Shown in pieces: positions 51,503 to 55,187 of a stretch of DNA of 55,187 nucleotides (position 1 is the stretch's first letter; every line of letters begins with the position of its first letter). The DNA is from Gammaproteobacteria bacterium. Its GTDB lineage: Bacteria; Pseudomonadota; Gammaproteobacteria; Steroidobacterales; Steroidobacteraceae. Under the pieces are notes generated by a model. The model worked only from the letters and a program-made list of their open reading frames with translations, searched no databases and was not told where the DNA came from. The stretch is from NCBI GenBank assembly GCA_015655465.1, contig JAATEY010000004.1:1-55187 (forward strand), written 5' to 3'. Made by a program: the position numbers and the translations under genes.

Positions 51503-52027
51503 CTATTTTGCAGCCGCTGGCGGTGCTGCCGGAGCGGCCGGTGCTGGCGCTGCTGCGGGCGCGGTTTCAGCCTTCAGGGCGCGTGACTTGAAGCGCCAGC
51601 CACCCGCGGTCTTCACCAGCACATCGCTGTAGGTCACGTAGCCGGCAATCGAAGTTGGTTTGGTGGCAAGGTTCACCAGGATGGTGGATACCGTCGCCGT
51701 AACATCATTGGCCCCCGCCTTGATCACCAGATCCGCGGAGAAGTGACGTTGCGAGGCGCCAGTGCCTGCATGCCAGGTGTTGACGAAGCCCTTCAGCGCT
51801 TCCGTGCCCTTGAAGTTGTTGGCGAATACGCCATCGGGTGTAAACGTGGCGGCCCAGCCATCGGCATCACCGTGGTCGATCGCGGTGTTGTAGCGCGCGT
51901 AGAGCTGCTGGATCTCGGTGTAGTCCGCAGCAGTCAGTTCCGCCGCCAGCAGCGCCGGACTCATCGCACCCAGCACCACCGCAATCATCATGGTACGCAG
52001 GCCGGTCAATCTCTTTCCCCATTCCAT
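51503..52027 (-). CDS. secreted SnoaL-like/NTF2-fold protein with Ala/Pro-rich tail
   Basis: Trimmed to ATG 52027 (GGGAGA SD). Signal peptide. YTEIQQLYARYNTAIDHGDADGWAATFTPDGVF pattern. C-terminal ETAPAAAPAPAAPAAPPAAAK. Confidence 0.65.
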   Translation of the reverse strand: MEWGKRLTGLRTMMIAVVLGAMSPALLAAELTAADYTEIQQLYARYNTAIDHGDADGWAATFTPDGVFANNFKGTEALKGFVNTWHAGTGASQRHFSADLVIKAGANDVTATVSTILVNLATKPTSIAGYVTYSDVLVKTAGGWRFKSRALKAETAPAAAPAPAAPAAPPAAAK

Positions 52028-52110
52028 TTCATTCTCCCTGTTGTCAATTGCAATGTTATGATCGCGCCGCACCATCGTCACGGATTCCGACTGAGGTTGC
52101 GATCCTTAGC

Positions 52111-52521
52111 ATGACGTATATCGAACTGCCTCGCGCGGTCGAGGCCTATTTTGCTTTTGCCGAATTGCCGGCAACCGGGCGCGGCAGGCAATTCACCATC
52201 ACTTTCACCTATTTCGAAGGCACGCGCCTTGACCGGCTGCAGTGGTGGTGGCAGGTCAGCAAGGCACAGGAGCGTGCCGGCGAGGCAATGGTGCAAAGCC
52301 TGCGTCAGGAGGCGATTCTCCGCTTCAGGCAGCATATCGAGCGCTGGCTGGTGAACAGCCGTCGCTGCCTCAGGGGCGGTGAGCCGTTCCCGCAACTCGA
52401 GGCAATTGCCGCCGTGGAAGAGCCCCCCGCGTCGACGCAGCAACCCGCTGCGGAAACCGGCAGGGAATCGGGCTACGTGGAAACGGTGCGCGAATACGCC
52501 CGCATCGCCGCCGGCAGATAG
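52111..52521 (+). CDS. hypothetical protein
   Basis: Frame trimmed to ATG 52111. No family recognised. Its 3' end overlaps the convergent MerR-family gene by 49 bp. Confidence 0.4.
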   Translation: MTYIELPRAVEAYFAFAELPATGRGRQFTITFTYFEGTRLDRLQWWWQVSKAQERAGEAMVQSLRQEAILRFRQHIERWLVNSRRCLRGGEPFPQLEAIAAVEEPPASTQQPAAETGRESGYVETVREYARIAAGR

Positions 52522-53264
52522 TCGGCAAGACCAGTCGCCAGTTGTTCGTAACGTGCCCTGAAGTCCGGGTGCGATTCATACAGGTCGGCAAGGCCCGCAT
52601 AGGCGCCCGGTGAGCAGGGCTTGCCCCACATGCCTGCAACCCATTCGCGATGCCGCGCCAGCAGTGCATCCAGGGCGGGATCGCCCGCAGGCGTCTGCAG
52701 ACGGCAGTGCTGCGCCAGTGCAGTTTCGAGTTCGGCCAGCTGCTGCATGCGCGCCATGGCTTCTTCCGCACTGAACCCCGCGACGTGTTTGCGTGAGCGG
52801 TCGATATCGTCGCGCAAACGTTGGCGGCCGGATTCATCCGCGGCATAGCGCTTGACGATCCAGTTTTCGAGTTCGGCACGCTTTGGCGGGGTGAATCCCT
52901 TGTACAGACTTTGTGCATTCACGGACATCTCCCCTTCCAGGCCGGCAATCGTGCGATCCAGTGTTGCAATGAGCTCGCGGTAATGGTCGGTACGCTGCAC
53001 CAGCCGTTGCCGGTGTTCGCGCAGCCGGTCGATGCGGTTGCGTTCACTGCTGTCGAGCACGGCTGCGATGGCATCCAGCGGCAGTCCCAGTTCGCGGTGC
53101 AGCAGGATCTGCTGCAGGCGCAGCAGTTCTTCCGGACCGTAGTAACGATATCCGTTTGCGCCTACCTGCGCAGGGCGGAGCAGTCCGATCTCGTCGTAGT
53201 AGTGCAGGGTGCGTACGGACACCCCGGAGATCCTGGCCAGCTGCTTGACGGTATGCATCGGCAT
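52473..53264 (-). CDS. MerR-family transcriptional regulator with TipAS-like C-terminal domain
   Basis: HTH (MHTVKQLARISGVSVRTLHYYDEIGLLRP...GYRYY). Long helical C-terminal domain. The ORF-track start 53273 is a TTG inside the putative -10, so ATG 53264 (or 53258) is preferred. Confidence 0.85.
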   Translation of the reverse strand: MPMHTVKQLARISGVSVRTLHYYDEIGLLRPAQVGANGYRYYGPEELLRLQQILLHRELGLPLDAIAAVLDSSERNRIDRLREHRQRLVQRTDHYRELIATLDRTIAGLEGEMSVNAQSLYKGFTPPKRAELENWIVKRYAADESGRQRLRDDIDRSRKHVAGFSAEEAMARMQQLAELETALAQHCRLQTPAGDPALDALLARHREWVAGMWGKPCSPGAYAGLADLYESHPDFRARYEQLATGLADYLPAAMRAYSRTVST

Positions 53265-53271
53265 GGCCGGC

Positions 53272-53302
53272 AATATGGGCCCTGACGCTACGGCAGGGTC
53301 AA
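53272..53302 (-). promoter_or_regulatory. MerR-type promoter with 19-bp spacer and dyad
   Basis: On the minus strand: TTGACC (53302-53297), 19 nt containing CCCTG-N9-CAGGG, then CATATT (53277-53272). Only 7 nt separate the -10 from ATG 53264. Confidence 0.35.
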
Positions 53303-53322
53303 GACCCGGCGGAAAGCCGGAA

Positions 53323-54084
53323 TCAGTGCCGCAGCCGCCAGCCGGTACGGATCATCCAGGTGATCAACGCCAGGCAGGCAAGCATGATGCCGACGATGAT
53401 GGTGAAGCTCACGGCAACGTCCACATCTGCCTGGTCGTAGAAACTCCAGCGGAAACCGCTGATCAGGTACACCACCGGATTGAACAGCGTGATCGTGCGC
53501 CAGACCGGCGGCAGCATGTCGATGGAATAGAAGCTGCCGCCCAGGAAGGTAAGCGGCGTGATGATCAGCGCGGGAACGAACTGCAGTTTTTCCCAGCTGG
53601 TGGCCCAGATGCCAAGCACGAAGCCGAACAGGCTGAACGTCAGCGCAGTGAGCGCCAGGAACACCAGCATCCAGCAGGGATGCAGGATCTGCAGCGGCAC
53701 GAACAGTGTCGAAGTGGCCAGGATGATGAGGCCGACCAGCACCGACTTGGTGGCCGCAGCCCCCACATAACCGAGCACGATCTCCGCCGCGCCCACCGGC
53801 GCGGACAGCAGTTCATAGATCGTGCCCGACCACTTGGGAAAATAGATCCCGAACGAGGCGTTGCCGATGCTCTCGTTGAGCACCGACAGCATGATGAGTC
53901 CGGGCACGATGAACGCCGCGAATGCAACGCCGCCAATTTCTGTCATGCGCGAGCCGATGGCTGAGCCGAACACCACGAAATAGAGCGAGGTGGTGAGCAC
54001 CGGCGTGAGAATGCTCTGCACCACGGTGCGGAAGGTGCGGGCCATCTCGTAGCGGTAGATGGCGCGGACGGCGTGCAGGTTCAT
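53323..54084 (-). CDS. ABC-2 type exporter permease
   Basis: 253 aa with 6 TM segments and the typical ABC-2 N-terminus ([35 protein letters not shown]). The start overlaps the ATPase stop. Confidence 0.9.
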   Translation of the reverse strand: MNLHAVRAIYRYEMARTFRTVVQSILTPVLTTSLYFVVFGSAIGSRMTEIGGVAFAAFIVPGLIMLSVLNESIGNASFGIYFPKWSGTIYELLSAPVGAAEIVLGYVGAAATKSVLVGLIILATSTLFVPLQILHPCWMLVFLALTALTFSLFGFVLGIWATSWEKLQFVPALIITPLTFLGGSFYSIDMLPPVWRTITLFNPVVYLISGFRWSFYDQADVDVAVSFTIIVGIMLACLALITWMIRTGWRLRH

Positions 54085-55025
54085 GCCTGCCCCCGCACCA
54101 GCGACACGAAGATGTCTTCGAGCGAGCTCTGCCGGGTTTCCAGGTCGCGGAAATCAATGCCCGCCCGGGTCAGTTCGCGCAGCAGCGCCGTGATCATGGC
54201 GCGCTGTTCATCATTGGCGAAGGTGAACACCAGTGTCATGCCATCGTCCGCGAGTGTCAGCGAATAGTCGGCGAGTGATGCCGGCACGGCATCCAGCTTC
54301 TGCACCAGGTGCAGGCGCAGCTCCTTGCGGCCGAGCTTGCGGATCAGGGTGGACTTGTCTTCCACCAGCATCAGTTCGCCCTTGTTGATGATGCCGATGC
54401 GGTCGGCCATTTCCTCGGCTTCCTCGATGTAGTGCGTGGTGAGGATGATGGTCACGCCGCTGTCGCGCAGCCCGCGGACCAGCTGCCACATGTCGCGGCG
54501 CAGCTCCACGTCGACACCGGCGGAGGGTTCATCGAGGAACAGGATCTTCGGCTCGTGCACCAGCGCCTTGGCGATCATCATGCGGCGCTTCATGCCGCCG
54601 GAAAGCGTCATGATCTTGGTGTCGCGCCGGTCCCAGAGCGACAGCGATCGCAGCACCCGCTCGATCACCGCCGGATCGGCAGGTTTTCCAAACAGTCCGC
54701 GGCTGAAACGCGCGGCCGCCTGCACGGTCTCGAATGCATCGGTGGCGATTTCCTGGGGCACCAGGCCGATCAGCGATCGCGCGGCGCGGGCTTCGCGCTT
54801 TACATCGAAGCCTGCCGCGACGACCCTGCCACTGGTGGCATTGACCAGCCCGCAGGCAATGCCGATCAGGGTGGTTTTGCCGGCGCCGTTGGGGCCCAGC
54901 AGCGCAAATATTTCCCCTTCCTGGATCTCAAGATTGACCGACCGCAGTGCGGTGAGGCCGCCGGGGTAGGTTTTGTTGAGGTTCTCGATCCGGAGGATGG
55001 GCTGCACGGGTAATATTCTACTCAT
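54081..55025 (-). CDS. ABC transporter ATP-binding protein (ABC-2 exporter partner)
   Basis: ORF trimmed to ATG 55025 (AGGGA SD). Walker [10 protein letters not shown], signature LSGGMKRRM, Walker B ILFLDEP. Confidence 0.9.
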   Translation of the reverse strand: MSRILPVQPILRIENLNKTYPGGLTALRSVNLEIQEGEIFALLGPNGAGKTTLIGIACGLVNATSGRVVAAGFDVKREARAARSLIGLVPQEIATDAFETVQAAARFSRGLFGKPADPAVIERVLRSLSLWDRRDTKIMTLSGGMKRRMMIAKALVHEPKILFLDEPSAGVDVELRRDMWQLVRGLRDSGVTIILTTHYIEEAEEMADRIGIINKGELMLVEDKSTLIRKLGRKELRLHLVQKLDAVPASLADYSLTLADDGMTLVFTFANDEQRAMITALLRELTRAGIDFRDLETRQSSLEDIFVSLVRGQA

Positions 55026-55187
55026 GAAAACATCCCTGATTGTCGTTGCCTGTCTCGCTGCAGCGTCATTGACGGCTTGCAAGCCGCAGCCGCAACCTGC
55101 GGCGGAAACCCCCGCTCCCAAGGCCGCGCCTGAAGTGGCACCCGTGCTGCTGACCGAGGACGCACGCGACATTCATTCCTTTGCACA
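55024..55187 (+). CDS. lipoprotein, 5' partial at window end (possibly M1-family metallopeptidase)
   Basis: ATG 55024. [19 protein letters not shown] lipobox, Pro/Ala linker, then ...DARDIHSFA, reminiscent of the N-terminal D-x-HS-[FY] of M1 aminopeptidases. Runs off the window. Confidence 0.5.
   Translation, partial: MKTSLIVVACLAAASLTACKPQPQPAAETPAPKAAPEVAPVLLTEDARDIHSFA

Noticed and set aside
1-55187. Scan for CRISPR arrays, tRNA/rRNA genes, IS elements, integrases, prophage or toxin-antitoxin modules.
   Set aside because: No regularly spaced direct repeats, no cloverleaf-like GC-rich non-coding segments, and no transposase, integrase or phage motifs were found in any frame of the few intergenic gaps longer than 150 bp.

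Overview
High-GC, densely coding chromosomal window. Gene content looks gammaproteobacterial (Xanthomonadales/Nevskiales-like), but the taxon cannot be verified here. No rRNA, tRNA, CRISPR array, transposase or integrase was seen. Coordinates in the ORF track were trimmed to the most plausible start codons by reading the DNA. All family names come from motif recognition by eye; no database search was run.

Layout:
- 0-10.7 kb: small secreted protein, TonB-dependent receptor, aldehyde dehydrogenase, TPR protein, a SnoaL-TetR operon and a downstream membrane protein that share the same operator-inside-promoter design, and Slt lytic transglycosylase.
- 10.7-17.5 kb: accessory-looking block. It holds a hypothetical secreted protein, a DUF2934 protein, an FmdB zinc ribbon, and a tandem array of four paralogous secreted Cys-rich proteins that I cannot assign to any family. 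One copy is frameshifted, a duplication scar lies inside the array, and an ABM-domain gene with a poly-Lys tail is inserted in it. A glyoxalase-family gene relic sits at the right edge.
- 17.5-36 kb: SPFH protein, two PQQ dehydrogenases (the quinohemoprotein ADH carries a D-Y-D motif), cyclophilin, GGDEF-EAL, YaeQ with an apparent CTG start, transglutaminase-like protein, VOC protein, HslR, a DUF882/YcbB peptidoglycan pair, an SPFH-Arc operon with a palindromic operator candidate, ECF sigma/anti-sigma, and FabH.
- 36-50 kb: complete assimilatory nitrate/nitrite cluster (nrtA-nrtB-fused nrtCD-porin-nasT-nasS-nirB-nirD::reductase fusion-nasA), preceded by a consensus sigma-54 promoter and a leader terminator.
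- 50-55 kb: HupE/UreJ, SnoaL-like protein, MerR/TipA-like regulator, ABC-2 exporter, and a partial lipoprotein.

The best candidate for something undescribed is the Cys-rich paralog array at 12.3-16.7 kb.
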